NCBI GenBank assembly: GCA_002245135.1
Contig: NGBS01000031.1
Span: forward strand, 1 to 64,000
Direction of reading: 5' to 3'
Source of the DNA: Proteromonas lacertae
Taxonomy: Eukaryota
Length of the DNA: 64,000 bases
Below the pieces are notes generated by a model, which had not been told where the DNA came from, did no database searches, and saw nothing but the letters and a program-made list of their open reading frames with translations. Numbering within the stretch: the stretch's first letter is position 1; the number at the start of each line of letters is the position of its first letter. Positions 39,601-54,600 of this stretch are shown here, piece after piece. Both the position numbers and the translations under genes were made by a program.

Positions 39601-42600
39601 GCAATAGTATTTACATCATTCTCTGTATTTTCACTCATTAATTTCATCTTTTCTTCTTTTTCATTATTTTCTAATTCCAATTTATTATACTTTTCTTTCA
39701 TTTCCTCAAGTTCATTTTCAATCATTATCTTTTCTTCTAATTGAGACTGTAATTGCATTATCTTCTGTTGTCTGTTGCTATTTTCATCAACAAGTCTATT
39801 ACATTCTTGATTTAATAATTTGTTATTATTCTCTAAATCCAACATTTTTGTGGAATTTTCAGATTTTAATTTGTTATTAGCAGTTTTTAATTTTAATACT
39901 TCATTTTCTAGCTTATTCTTTTCATTTTTTACTTCTTCTAATGTAGAAGAGTTTAACTTTAATTTTCCATCTAATTCTGATTGAATGTCATCTAAATGAG
40001 TTGATAATTCTTCAACTGTTTTCTTTAACATTTCATTATCAGTATTCAATTGTTGTTTTTCTTTTTCTAAGTATTGGTTCATATTTTTCAATTGTCCAAT
40101 TTCATTTTTATTCTTTAATAACAAATCATTATAATCATCTAACAATTGTTGATATTTTACTTCCATTTCTTTCTTTTCCTTATTGATTTGATTTGCATCT
40201 ACTTCATATGATAATTTGATTTGTTCAATTTCTTCTAATAAATTAGACAGTTGTTGTTTAAATTCTGCATTTTCACTTAGTGCTAGTAAATAGCTTTTAT
40301 TCAAAGTATCATAATCGTTCTTAAGTATATCATTTGATTTGTTTAAAAGGTTATTATCACCAACTATCTTTTTTACTTTTTCTAATTGTTTGTTTAACTC
40401 ATTTATTTCATCATCTTTATTTTTATTCTCTTCAATTAATTCTTTAACTGACAGTTCTTGTTCTTCATATTTATTCTTTATTTCATCCAATTCATTATTC
40501 AATCTGTCCATTTCATCTTTCTGTGTTTTAAGATGTAAATTATCTTCAATCAATTGACTATTCTTACTTTCTAAACTCTTTATTTCTTTTGCCAAGCCTT
40601 TAATCTTCTTTTCTAATAACGAATTCTGTTCTTTCTTTTCCTTTAATTCTGCTTTTATTCCTTCAGATATTTTTCCATTTCTCTCCATTTCTTCTTTTTC
40701 ATTATTAATTTTAGAGTTAATATTCATTAATTGTTGATTAGATTCTTCGTATAGTTTTATTTTCTCCTCTAAATTCATTATTTTTTGTTTTGATTCTTCA
40801 ATTCTTCTTTCATTATCTTCATTTATTGATTCTAGTTGTGATTTTAACTTGTTATTCTCTTCTTTCAATTTCTTCATTATTTCATTCAAATCATCATTAT
40901 CTTTAGTTTCTTTTTGTTTTATTGATTCTTTCAGTTGAGAATTACTACTTTTCAATTTTTCAATTTTTCCAATTAACTGTTTATTCATATTCAATAATCG
41001 AACATTATCATCATTCAAACTCTTATTTTTATGTGTTAAATCTCTATTCTTATTTATTTCATCATCATATTTTTTGTTTATCTCTGATTTCCTTCTTGAG
41101 AAATCATTTGTTTCTGTTTCTAATCTGTTTCTTAATTCATTTAATTCATCATTCAATTTCTTGTTCTTTCCCTTTAAGTCTTTATTCTTTTCATATTCTT
41201 CATCATATCTTATTTTCAATTCACTAATCTCATCTCCAATTAATTCCTTAGACTTTGATAATTCATCTAATTGATTCTTAATATCATTTAACTCAGTTTC
41301 TTTTCTTGTATTATTCAATTTCAATATATTATTTTCATCAGTTAATCTATTGTTTTCCTCTAGTAAATCACTCAGTTTAGAATTATTTATTTCTTTTTCA
41401 TATAATAGTTGTTTTAATGATTCATTTTCTTTGTTAATTCCATCAAATTGTGTATTTACTTTCTCCAACTCTCCTATTCTTTCTTTCATCATCTTTTGTT
41501 GTTTTTCCTTTTCTTCTTCTAATTCTTTCACTTCTTTTGATATTTCATCTAGTCTTAATTGTAATTCATCATTCACTTCAGCTAATTCACTATCTCGACA
41601 TATTAATTCTTTGTTTTTATTTTCTATCATTTCGTTATTGTTTTCTAACTCTGTTAGTAAATTCTTTAGATTTTCTATCTCTTCTTTATCAAGTCTTTCA
41701 TTCTCTTCTTTCTTTTCTATTTCATTTTTCAATTCGTTTAATTTCGTCTTTAAATCATTTATCTCAGTCTCATTTTCTTTTTCTATTATTTCTTTATAAT
41801 CTTTTGCTTCTTTTAATTCTTTTTCCTTCTGTAAGTATTTTGATTTCATTTCATCTATTTCTTTCTCAAGTTTATTAATTAAGGGAATATTTTTCTTTAA
41901 TTCATTAATTTCAATCATCAATTGAGAATTCTCATTGTTTAGCTTTTGTATTGTTGATAATGAATCAGAATATTTGGTTAAATATGAATTAAATTCATTT
42001 TTATTATCTCTATTACTTTCTTCTAATTCTTTTATTCTACTATCTCCATTTTCTATTTTTTCATTCTTATTCTCCAATTCTAACTTAATTCTCTCATTCT
42101 CTTTATTTGTCCTTTCATATTCACATTCCAAATAATTCAATTTCTCTGTTAATTCATTTATCTCATTATCTTTTTCATTGTTTTCTTCTTTTATACTTTT
42201 CATTTCATCTTCTTTTAATTGTCTTTCATTTTTTCTACTTTCATTTTCTTCTTTTAGTTTACTATTTTCATTCTTAAACACTTCCATCTCTTCTTTCTTC
42301 TCTAAGTATTTTGATTTTATTTCATCTAGTTCTATTTCAAGTTTATTAATTAAGGGAATATTTTTCTTTAATTCATTAATTTCAATCATCAATTGAGAAT
42401 TCTCATTGTTTAGCTTTTGTATTGTTGATAATGAATCAGAATATTTTCTGAAATGAGAATTTAATTCATTCTTATTCTCTTTATTTTCCTTTTCCAATTC
42501 TTTTATTCTATTATTGTTTCTATCATTTCTTTATTTTTATTACCAATGTCAGATTTAATTCTCTCATTTTCTATATTCACAGTTCGGATATCATCTTCTA

Positions 42601-45600
42601 AACTACTTATCTTCATTATTAATTCATTCTTTTCATCATCTTTTTCATTTCGAAGTATTTCAAGTTGTGATTGTAAATCTATATTATTCTCTTTAATTCT
42701 GTTATTTTCATCAATAATAACATTTATTCTCTTTTCTTTTTCATCTTCATTTTCTTTCTTGACCTTTTCTAAAGATGCTATTTTTTCTTTTAATCTTTCC
42801 ACTTCTCTTTTCAGCTTTTTATTATCATTATTTAATGTGTTAATAATCTTATTATCTTCTTCTAATTTATTCTTCTTCTTAAGCAAAATATTATAATCAT
42901 TCTCAAGTCTATTCAACTGTTTTGACTTTTCTTCATATTTTGCTTTCTCATCATTTATTGCTGTTTCTTTTTCTTCTTCTAATTCTTTCACTTCTTTTGA
43001 TATTTCATCTAGTCTTAATTGTAATTCATCATTCACTTCAGCTAATTCACTATCTCGACATATTAATTCTTTGTTTTTATTTTCTATCATTTCGTTATTG
43101 TTTTCTAACTCTGTTAGTAAATTCTTTAGATTTTCTATCTCTTCTTTATTAAGTCTTTCATTCTCTTCTTTCTTTTCTATTTCACTTTCTAATTCATTTA
43201 ATTTCGTCTTTAAATCATTTATCTCAGTCTCTTTTCCTTCGTTATCTTCTTTCATCCTATTTATCTCACCTTCTTTCATTTGATTTTCGTTTTCTCTACT
43301 TTCATTTTCTTCTTTTAACTTCACATTTTCATTCTTCCATAATTCTAATTCATGTTTCTTCTCTAAATACTTTGATTTTATCTCTTCTATTTCTTTCTCC
43401 ATTTCGTTCATTCTAGGTATATTCTTTTTCAATTCATTTATTTCTTTTTTCAGTTGTACATTCTCATCACTAACACTTTCAATATTAGATAGTGATTCAG
43501 AATATTTATTTATATATGAATTTATCTCTTTCTCCAATTCTTTTACTCTGTTATTCTTTTCATCTATATCTTTATTTTTATTATCCATTTCTAATTTCAT
43601 TTTCTCATTCTCATTTTCTATACTATTTAATTTCATCTTTAATTCATTTATTTCATTCTCTTTTTCTTCATTCATTTCTTTATTTTCTTCTTTTAATCTA
43701 ATATTCTCTTCTTTCACTAATTCTATTTCTTTTTTCTTTTCAATATATTTTCTCTTTATCTCTTCTATCTCTTTCTCCATTTCATTCATCTTTGGAATAT
43801 TCTTTTTCAATTCATTTATTTCATTTTGTAACTGAGAATTCTCACTGCTAAGTTTTCGAATATTAGTTATTGATTCTGAGTATTTACTTAAATATGAATT
43901 TAATTCATTTTTATTATCCTTGTTGCTATCTTCAATTTCTTTTATAATACTATTCTTATTATTCAATTCATTCTCTATTTCATCAATACCTAATAACAAT
44001 TCATTGTTTTTATTCTTCAATTCTTCAATTTCTTTACTATATTTCTCATATAATTCATTTATTTCCTTCTCTTTCTCCAAATCTTTTTCATTTAATTTTC
44101 TTTTCAACTCTTCAACATTGATCTTCATCTCATTTATATCTTTCACTACATTCCAATATTTATCATCACTTATTGAAGGTACTTTAATCTCTGGTTGATT
44201 ATTAATTGTCAAATTAATCTTAGGTAATATCAACTCTTTAGAATCAAATGAAATTAATTTGTTATTCTTTATATTATACTCAGATTGTCTCTTTTCTTTA
44301 ATTAATGAATTATTCTTCTGTTTAAGATTATTTATTTCATTTTGTAATGTTTTTATTTCATTATTCTTTTGCTTTAACAATCCATTTAACTCATTTATAT
44401 TCTTATTAAAATCAGAATATGTTTTTGTTGTTTTATTATTCATCTTTGATATTGTTGATTGAAGAGATAATAATTGTTCATTATATTTATCTTTATTGCT
44501 CATACTAATCACTTTTGAATATTCTACACTCATTTCATTCTGCTTATTATTAACAACATCAACACAGTCATATTCACTCATATTTACATTTGATAGTATT
44601 TCTTCTTCATTTCTTTCTAATTCTCTTAATTTTTCATTTAATTTCTTGGCTTCAGATTGCAAGAGTAGATTATCTGTAGTTAAATCTTGTATTATCTTAT
44701 TTGAATTATATATTTCTTCACTGTTTGGTATATCTCTTTCTTTTAAAACTTCAATTGAATCAGTTAATAATTGAATATTACCTTTTTGTTTCTCATTTTC
44801 TTCTTTCATTGCATTATAATCATCCAATAATTGATTATTCTGTTGTTGTAATTTCTTATATTCATTCTTTTCTTTCAATAATTCGTTATTTTTTCTTTCT
44901 AAATCATCATTCTTCAATTTCATTGTATTATAAATAGTTTTTAATTTCATATTCTCTTTATTGGTATTATCTAATCTCCTCATTTCATCTTCCAATTTTC
45001 TGATATTCAAACATAAAACTTCATTCTCTTTCTTTGCTTTATCTAATTCTTCTTTCAATTCTACTTTATCAGATTTTAATTCATATATTTCCTTAGTATT
45101 ATTATCTCTTAATTGTTTCAATGCAGTATTCTCTGATACTATTAATTCAGTAGCTGTTGGTAATAACGACTTTTGTTTCAACAATTGATTCTCTGCTTTT
45201 ATATTCTTTACTTCTGATTTATATTTCTCTTCATTGTTCTTTAATGACTTTTGTAATTGTTTAATATCTTCTTTCAATGAATGTATGTCATTCAAATATT
45301 GAACATTATCTAATTTATATTGCCTTAATATAATATTCTCATTCTGCAATTGTTGTAGATCTTTTTCCATTTTTGGTATTTGTTTAAGTTGAGTATGTAA
45401 TTTTGAATTGTCTGATTTAATTTTGATAATCTCATTATCTTTTTCATTGTTTAAATTCATAATATTATCTAATTTAGATTCTAATTCTTCTTTTTCTTTT
45501 TGAATCAGATTAATTTGTTTCATTATTTCTTCTTTTTCATCTGTCAGTTTCTTTATATTGTCTTTATTTTCATTCTCCATATTTTCTACCTCATTCTTAT

Positions 45601-48600
45601 AATTTGAAATTAATTCATTCTCATTCTTTTCTAAATCATTTATTTTCATCTTATAATCATTCTCTAAATAATCAATTTGTTTCTTATAATCAATTTCAAT
45701 TTCATCCATTTTCTTTTCTTGTGATTTATGTAATTGATATAATTCATTATATGATTTATTTGATTCTTCCAACTGCTTTGATATGTTTTCATTATCATTT
45801 TTTACTTCTTCTATTGTGTCTTTCAATTCATTAATATAATCATCAAAATTAGATATATCTGATTGTAATGGATAGCTTTTTAATTTTAAATCACTTACAT
45901 TTGTCAAATTACTCTTATAATCTATTATTTCAGTTGAATTGATTGAAAAATTTCTATTCTGATTGAAATATATATTCTTCAAACCATATTCTTTAATATC
46001 CAAATATTCATTACTTAAAATATCTTCTGTTCGATTTTGTATCAACTCTAAATTGTCATAATTATCATTTATAAGATCCAAATCGTTAAAACTCTTCAAC
46101 TTGAGTGTAATTTCATTGTTATTAATCACATCTATCTGCTTAATATGTTGCATTTCGTATTCTGGTGATTCATTTACAATATCAACTTCATTATTGACAA
46201 TAACATTATTATCATTCTCCTTTAATGAATCAACTGAATGTGATTGAATATATTTCATTTCTACTTCATTTGTATTAGTTGATTTATCTTCATTTTCATT
46301 TTCATTCACCATTTCAATAAAGTTTATATCAATAATAGAGTTGTTATTATCACCATTAAAAACTAAATCAGTATTATAACTTTGCAATATTGTATTTTCT
46401 TCCTTGTTTTCTACAACATTCACTACTTCTTCTGTTATAATGTTCAAATTAATAATACTCTCACAATCTGTTGATTTTTCTTCTGTATTAATACCAACAT
46501 TCATTTCAATATTTTCATTCTCAACCACCTTCATATCATCTGATAATATATTATTCACATTATCATAATTTATAACAACATTTTCATTCTCACTATTTTC
46601 AGGTAAATCAACTTGATTTCGATTAACATTCAAATCATTCTCTATTACTACATCATATGATACTTGATAAGTATTTTTCAATTGATGTATTTTGTCAATT
46701 ATACAATCAACCATTTCGTTATTCATTATTTCATTTTTATTATCCTCAAGTATTGAATTTACAACTTCACTAGGAATTAGATCATATTCATCATTACCTC
46801 TTATTGATTCTACTATTTCACTACCTACTATTACGTTATTATCATAATTGATTATTGAATCTACAACTTCATTAGTAATAACTACATTGTCACTTTCATT
46901 TATCACTCTATTTAATAATTGATATACAACACTTTCACTACTATAACTATCAGTTTGTGTATAACTAGATTCATTTTGAATTACTACTTTCCTTTCTTCT
47001 TCTTCTTCTTCTTCTTTATTATATACATCAATTTTATCATTCATTGATATATTTAAATCAAAATTAGGAATATATGATGTAATAATTGAATTATTAAAAC
47101 TTAATTCTTTATTATCATTATTAATTGCATTAATAACTTGATTTACCATAATTGTATTATTGTTATTATTAACAATATTCTCAAATGGAATAATAACTGT
47201 TGGTGTTACTAATATTTTACACTTTTCTTCTTCTTCCTTCTCTTCTTCTTCATTAGAAATTGAATTAATTGTCTTTTGTTCAACAATTGATAATGGTGTT
47301 ACATTTGGAATACTTTGGATATTTTCATTTGTTATTGATAATGGAGTAATAATTGTAGATGGTGTTGTTGTATAACTAACAATTGGCACATTAATTACTG
47401 AATTTTCATTATTAACAATTGAATTAATGTTTTCACTATTCACAACATGATGATTTATTTCTGGTGTTATGAAATTGATTGTTTCATTAACAGATAACTG
47501 TGATTGATCTGAATCTACAACAACAACGTAATTCGAAGAATTATTAGTAATGATTGATAATTCTGGATCTAAATATTGTGATGTAGTTAAATAACTTGAA
47601 ACTTCTAATGATTCTTGTTGGGATGGTATGATAACAGGATTTTCTATAATTAATCTACCATTATTTTCTATATTATCAGATGATACTTCAAATTTTGAAT
47701 TAATTGTATTATATTCTACAACTACTAATTCATTATTGTGTAATAAATCAATATTATAGTATGAATTAACAATAGATAATCCTTTATTATTATCACTTCT
47801 AACATTAATACTATCAAATTGAATCATCTCATTATCATCTTTTACACTTCCTTCTTGATTTATTATAGATTCAATCTTATTTAATACAGATAATTCAGGT
47901 GTTACAAAATGTTTATTAATTGCATCATAATTACTAATTGAAAGTTTCTCTTCTTTTGTAAATGACATTTCTTGTTGAAATACACCCAATAACATTTCTT
48001 CCTCTTCATTTAAAATACTAATCTCATTTTCTGTTGTTCTTAATTCTACTGAATTATTTTCTATATCCAAATTCTCAAACTCAACTTTTATATTTTCCTT
48101 ATTATCAATAAGAGATATTGTTTCTAGTTGTGTAATTGATAAATCATCTATAGGTTGATAATAATTAGTTATTTCGTTAATTACATTCATTTGAGGTATA
48201 ATTTCTTTTTCATTATCATAACTAATCAAAACAACTAAATCATTCTCACATATACTTAATTTTACATCATCAACTAAAACATCAATTGTATTATCATTAA
48301 CATTAACACACTCTTTCTCAGATTGTTGTATTGTTAATATCTGATAGTTACTTATTTCTAATTCTCTTTCATTATCATTTATAACATCTACATCACTATT
48401 TATAACTTTTACTTCGCTTATGTCATTAACTACAACATCAATTCTCTCATCACAATAAACATCCAATTCTACTGGTTTTACTACAACATCAACAATATCA
48501 CTATAAGAAGCTTGATTTTCTTCAGAGTATAACATCACATCTGTTTTATTCTCTAATCTTGTCAATTCAATTTCTTTGTTTATATTTGAAATAATTGGTT

Positions 48601-51600
48601 GATCAATTCTTGTTAAAATATTATCTTCCAGTTTATTGACTAAACTTTCATTCTCAACAATACTCATTTCTAAATCATCGTGTGTATTGATATTGATAAA
48701 ATCATATTCTACTTTGTGATTATTCTCATTTTGAATAACCAAATTCATTTCTTCAGATTTATTGACTAACTCAACATCATCCTCTTTAATATTGATAGAT
48801 TCATTCTCTATCTTTACCAATTCTTCATCTTTATGTAAGGATATTGGATTATACACTATTACACTACTATTCTTATCATTTAGACTTTCAATATAATTGT
48901 CATTTACTGATAATTCCAAATCACTATTAATCAAAATATCATCTTTACTATTAATGATTGTCATTTCATTTTCTTTCTCTACACTATTAATAACATCTAG
49001 ATGATAATCAGTAGTATGACTTAAATCAATTCCTTTAGAAAGTATGTTTATTTCTTCACACTTTATCTCCTTATTCTGTTGATAATAAACAATATCAATT
49101 ACATTTGTGGTATAATCTAATTCTTTCTCTTTTTCATTATTTATATTGATCACTTCATTCTCTATTACGTTTAAATCTGTTTGAGATATTAAATCAATTC
49201 TTTCATTCATTACCTCACATTTTGGTTGATTATTTACTAAATCAATATTTGACATTCCAATAAACTTCATTTCATCATTTAATCCAAATTCATTTGTATT
49301 ATCAATAACATCAACTGATGAACTTGCTAAGTTCAATTCTATATTATCACATTCAACTTCTTCATATGTCAATGTAATAGTCTTTCCAGTTTGAAGTGAA
49401 AAATCTTTCATTTCATTCACAATACTAGTAGATTGACTTGAAACAAAACCTAACAAAATTGGAGATGTATTAATAGCTTCACATACAACATCTAATTCTG
49501 GTAATTCATATTCAGATCTTATGATTGTTGGTAAAATGGCTATATCATTCATTTCACTATTTGTTAATACTTTTTCATTTTCTATTCTATTCAAATATTC
49601 AATATCACTATTATTATAACTCAATAGAACTGGTGAAGAATTAATTTCTTTATCCTTTGTTTCAGCTTCATATTCAACATCTAATTCTTCAACAATAGTT
49701 GTCAATTCTATAGTTTCATTTTCTGAATGGATTATTGAAGGTAAAATTGTTATATTATTCATTTCGCTATTTGTAAAAACTCTTTCACTCTCTAAACTAT
49801 TTAAGATTTCACTTTTAACACTATTAGTCAATAATACTGGTGATGAGTTTGTTTCCTTATCAGCATATACATCATCAATTATCATGTCTATCTCTTCATT
49901 CATAAAATAATCCAACTTTGGTTCTTCTTCTACATTCACATCTACACTATTGTCCATAACAATCATTTCTGCTTCATTTCTTAATGACATTACAGATAAT
50001 TCATTAACATTTATCATTCTTTCTTCATTGATAAAATCACTACTTATATAAGAGATAAATTTCATCGATTCTTCATCTTGCCTTTCTTTATTGATGTGTT
50101 TATGATTATCAATATATCTATTCAATTCATTAATCTTTGCTTTATATTGTTCAACATCATTCTTATGTCTTATTTTCAACAACATCATTTCTGATTCAAT
50201 ATCATTTACCTTTTTCTCCATTTCCTTTATAACATCTTTATTAGGATTTACACTTTCATTTGCATTGACTATTTCAATCTCATCAAATACCATCAATTCT
50301 TTAATTATATCTTCATCATTTTTGAGATTATTCAACTCTTTCATATCTTCAATATATTCCTTCAAATTGGTAATTTCAGATTGATAAATCTGTAATTTCT
50401 GATTATTGTTTTTATTTTGATCATTTAAATCTTCTATTTGTACTTTCAATTTATTGACAAATTGTCTTTCATTACTTACTTCACAATGTAATTCTGTATT
50501 TGTATTTCTTAACATTTCAATCTCTTTTAATAACTTCTGTTTTTCTATTTCATAATCATCATTCTTTTTATTACTTTCCATTTCATCTTTTTTCTTTAAT
50601 TTATTAACCTCTTCCAACTTCCTTTCTAATTGGTTGATATAATTCTGTTGATTATTGATAATCTCATTCTGTTGATTGTTATTTATTTGTTCTAACAATT
50701 GTTTATTTTCTGATTGTAATTTTTCAATTTCATTATTCTCTTCATCAATAATGCAATTTCTTTTTTCTAATTCCTTTTGTAACTCTGAGAATATGATTGT
50801 AATATCATCTTTTATCTTTTCTTTTTCACCTTCCATTTTTGATTTTTCTTCTTGGTATAAATGTAACAAATTCTCTATTTGATTAGCTATTGTTTCTTTC
50901 TCTGCATCATTTAAAGGATTTTGATTGGATATTTGATGGATTAAATTGATTCTATCTCTTTCATAATCAAGACATCTTGTTTGATATAACTTATTCAAAT
51001 CTTCTAACTTTTGATTTTCTGATTGTAATTTAGATATATCTTGTTGACATGATTGAATTGTAGGGATAATTTCATTTGATTCTTTTACTTTGCATTGTGT
51101 ATTTATATCATTTATCAAATCTAAACTATTTTGATACACATCACTCAATGTATTATAATTTGTACAAACCTCATTGTATTTCTTCTGAATTTCTATTATC
51201 TCATTATCTTTTGAATTATTCAATTCTTCCATACTCATATCACATCTTTCTTTACACTCATTATATTTTGATTCATAATACTGTTTATTTGACTCTAATT
51301 GTTCTGATAATGTACATAATAAATCATGAAATGAGATTGTTGTATTTTCTAAAGTCTTATTATCATTATTCAATATATTTTGTATTTCTTTCTGCTTTTC
51401 TATAATATTCTTTAATTGTGTTATTTGTTCATCATTATCATAGAATAAACTATCATTTTGTTCAACCAATTCCGTATTTTCTTGTTTTAGACCATCTATT
51501 TCATGTTTCATATCTTTTATTTTACTTTGTAATGATGAATTCTTTTCTATTAAGTCTTTATTATTCTGCTTTAATGTATTTAGTAAATTCATTGTTGAAT

Positions 51601-54600
51601 CATTTAGATTGATATTTTCATTCAATTTTTCATTAATTATACTATTCTCTTTCATCAATTTTTCATTGTTACTATTTATTTCAATTAATTGTCTTTCTTT
51701 CTCTAATAACATATTTTTATATTTATTTATTTCATTATTCTGCATTTCAATTGATTTATCTTCTGTTTCTTTCAATTTCATTTCCAATGAGTTTATTCTT
51801 TCTTCATCTTGTTTCTTTGTATCATTTAATTTATTGTTTATATTTGTAATTGTTCTCTTAAAAGCTTCAACCAAATTCTTCATTTCTTTTGTCTTTGAAT
51901 TTGTCTTTTCTAATTCATTTTTCAATGAATCAATCACATTCTTACAATTAACATGATTCTTTGAAAATTCTTCATATTCTTTCAATATTTTTTGATAATC
52001 TTCAGAGAGTTTATTAAATTCGTTTTGAAGATTCTTTAATGTATGTTTTAACACATCTATTTCATCTTCTAACTTTCCATTTGAATCCATTAACTGTTGT
52101 ATATTTGTTTCAAGTTCATTCTTTAAATTAATTTCATTCTTTAATCTTTCTTCTAATTGTTGAATTTCTATTTCATAAGATGTCATTTGAAGTTCTTTGT
52201 CTTGTATAGAATTCTTTAAATTCTGATTCTCATCTTCTATATTAATTATATCATTTATAAATGTTTGTGTTTGTGATGTTTCGTCTTTCAATAATTCATT
52301 CTCATGTTGTAATAGTTTTATTTTCTCTTCACTTTTCATAATCATACTTTTAACATCATTCAATTCATTTTCCTTTGATTTTCTTATTTCATCACTTTCA
52401 TTTAGCTTTTCTTCTAATTCTACTTTTTCTTTTTCTAATGAGTCAAGTATTACTGCTACTTCCTGCACTTTATTCTCTAATTCATTTAAACTACTTCCAT
52501 AAGTCTCTTTTGATTTTTCTTCTCTTATTTCAGCTTCTTTCAGTGATTGTGATAATTGTTTATTGTTTTCAATCAATTTATTCATATTATCCTTTAGAAT
52601 TTCATAATTCTTTAGCTCCATTTCATTTTCCTTTTCTATTTCCTTATAAGATTTGAACAAATTATCATATTTCTTAGTTAAATTAATTTTCTCATTTTGT
52701 AATAACTGATTATTGCTCTTTAATACTGTTATTTCTTTCTCTAAATCTTTATTTATCTTTTTCTTATAATCATCCAACTTTTGCGCAAACTGTTGTAATG
52801 AAACAACTTCTTCTTGTAATCCATTAATAATAGCATCTTTATCTTCACTTACCATTTCATTACTTTCTTCTAACTCTTTTATTTTCTCTTCTAATTCTTT
52901 GATTCTATCTCTATAACTATCTATTTCCATATTCAACTCATTATTCTCAGTTTCAAGGTCTTTTATATCCTTCTGTAGTTTAGTATAATTTGCTATATAA
53001 TCTGTTGTTTTGTCTAATAACATACTTGGCATTGTTTCACTAAAACTTACGATAGATTGTGAATTATCATCCATCATTTCATTCACAGTTGTATTTGATT
53101 TGTATTTATTACTTTCCTGCAATTCATTTATCTTTTGTTTTAGTGTGTTTATTATATTCACACTTTCTTTGTCTTTCTTTTCTAGTATTGAATGTAATTG
53201 TGAAATCTGTGTTTCTAATTGTTGATTTTCCAGTTTCAAATCATTATAATTGTCGATATTCATTATTTCAGTTTCATTATCTATTGGAGAGAGTTGTTCC
53301 TGTGAAGATGGACTGATTATTGAATTATTATTGAAATTTGATTGTTTTATTTGTTGTTGTTGTTTTAAGTGTTGTGATGGATCAACTTCAAATGTTATTT
53401 CACTTATTAAATCAGATTGATCCATTAGACTCTTTGGTACATTCAAAACTGGTTTTTGATATAATTTTGATGAAGATGGAGGAAGAGGTGTAGAGAATGA
53501 ATCATTATTACTATTATGTTCATTACTTTCACTCAATCTATCATGCAATTCTTTTACTAGATTCTTTAATTCATCTTTCTCTTGTTCTAACTTCTTATTT
53601 TTAATATAATAATCATCTTTTTCAACAGTTACATTATCATAACTTTGTTGTAATTCATTCAATTGTTTTTCATAGTCATTTTGTATTTCTTGTATTTTTA
53701 ATTCGCATTCTTCTTTATATTGTTTATTCTCTTTTATTATAGATTGTAAAGCATTTTGCATTTCATTCTTTTTGCTTAAATATTGTTGATTAATTCCATT
53801 CATTTCATTTTGAAAATAGTTGGCTTTTTGGTTTGTTTCTTCACATTTGTTTATTAATTCAGAAATGCATTTAAAATTATAACTATCTATCTTTATATTG
53901 TTCAATATATTCAATTGATTCTCATTTTTACTACCATTTTTCATATAACTTGTTACTGTATTTTCTATCAATGTTAATAGAGATTTGTATTTGTTAATAT
54001 CCAATTCATAACTTGTTATATTACTATTCTCTTTATTCTTAACTTGTGACTTTAAATTATCATTTTCAATTATTAAATTACTCCTTTGTCTATCTAAGTC
54101 AATTATCTGATTCTTTAACTCATCATTATTGTTACTCAAATCTTCATTCAATGACTTAATTTCATCATATTTCTGTCTTAGAAATGTATTATCAGCTTGT
54201 AATTTACCATTATCAGCAGATAATCTTTCAATATAATCATTCTGCGATTTATTCTCTTTCTTCAAATTCTATTTAATAAATAGAATAATATATTATACTT
54301 GTAGCATTTGATCAATAGTTTCATTAGTTATTCCTCCATGTAAACCAGTATCAATATGTGTATTAACAAATGGATCATTCTGAATACTTCTTGCATTAGA
54401 TGAATATTCTAATGACTTGATAGTTTGTGGGTAATAGTTCTTACCTGATCTTACTGTAGTTATCATAATTGTTTTACTATTTCCACCTATTGAATCTTTT
54501 AAAATGTGTGTTAACTTTGAATTTCTGTATATATAAGATTTTTCAGTCTATATATATAACAATAAATAATGTATAATATAGTATATATTTATACCAATGA

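Noticed and set aside
31312..53316. Dozens of plus-strand F/S/L/I-rich ORFs
   Set aside because: Antisense shadows of the K/E/N-rich kinesin coding strand; no independent coding signal.
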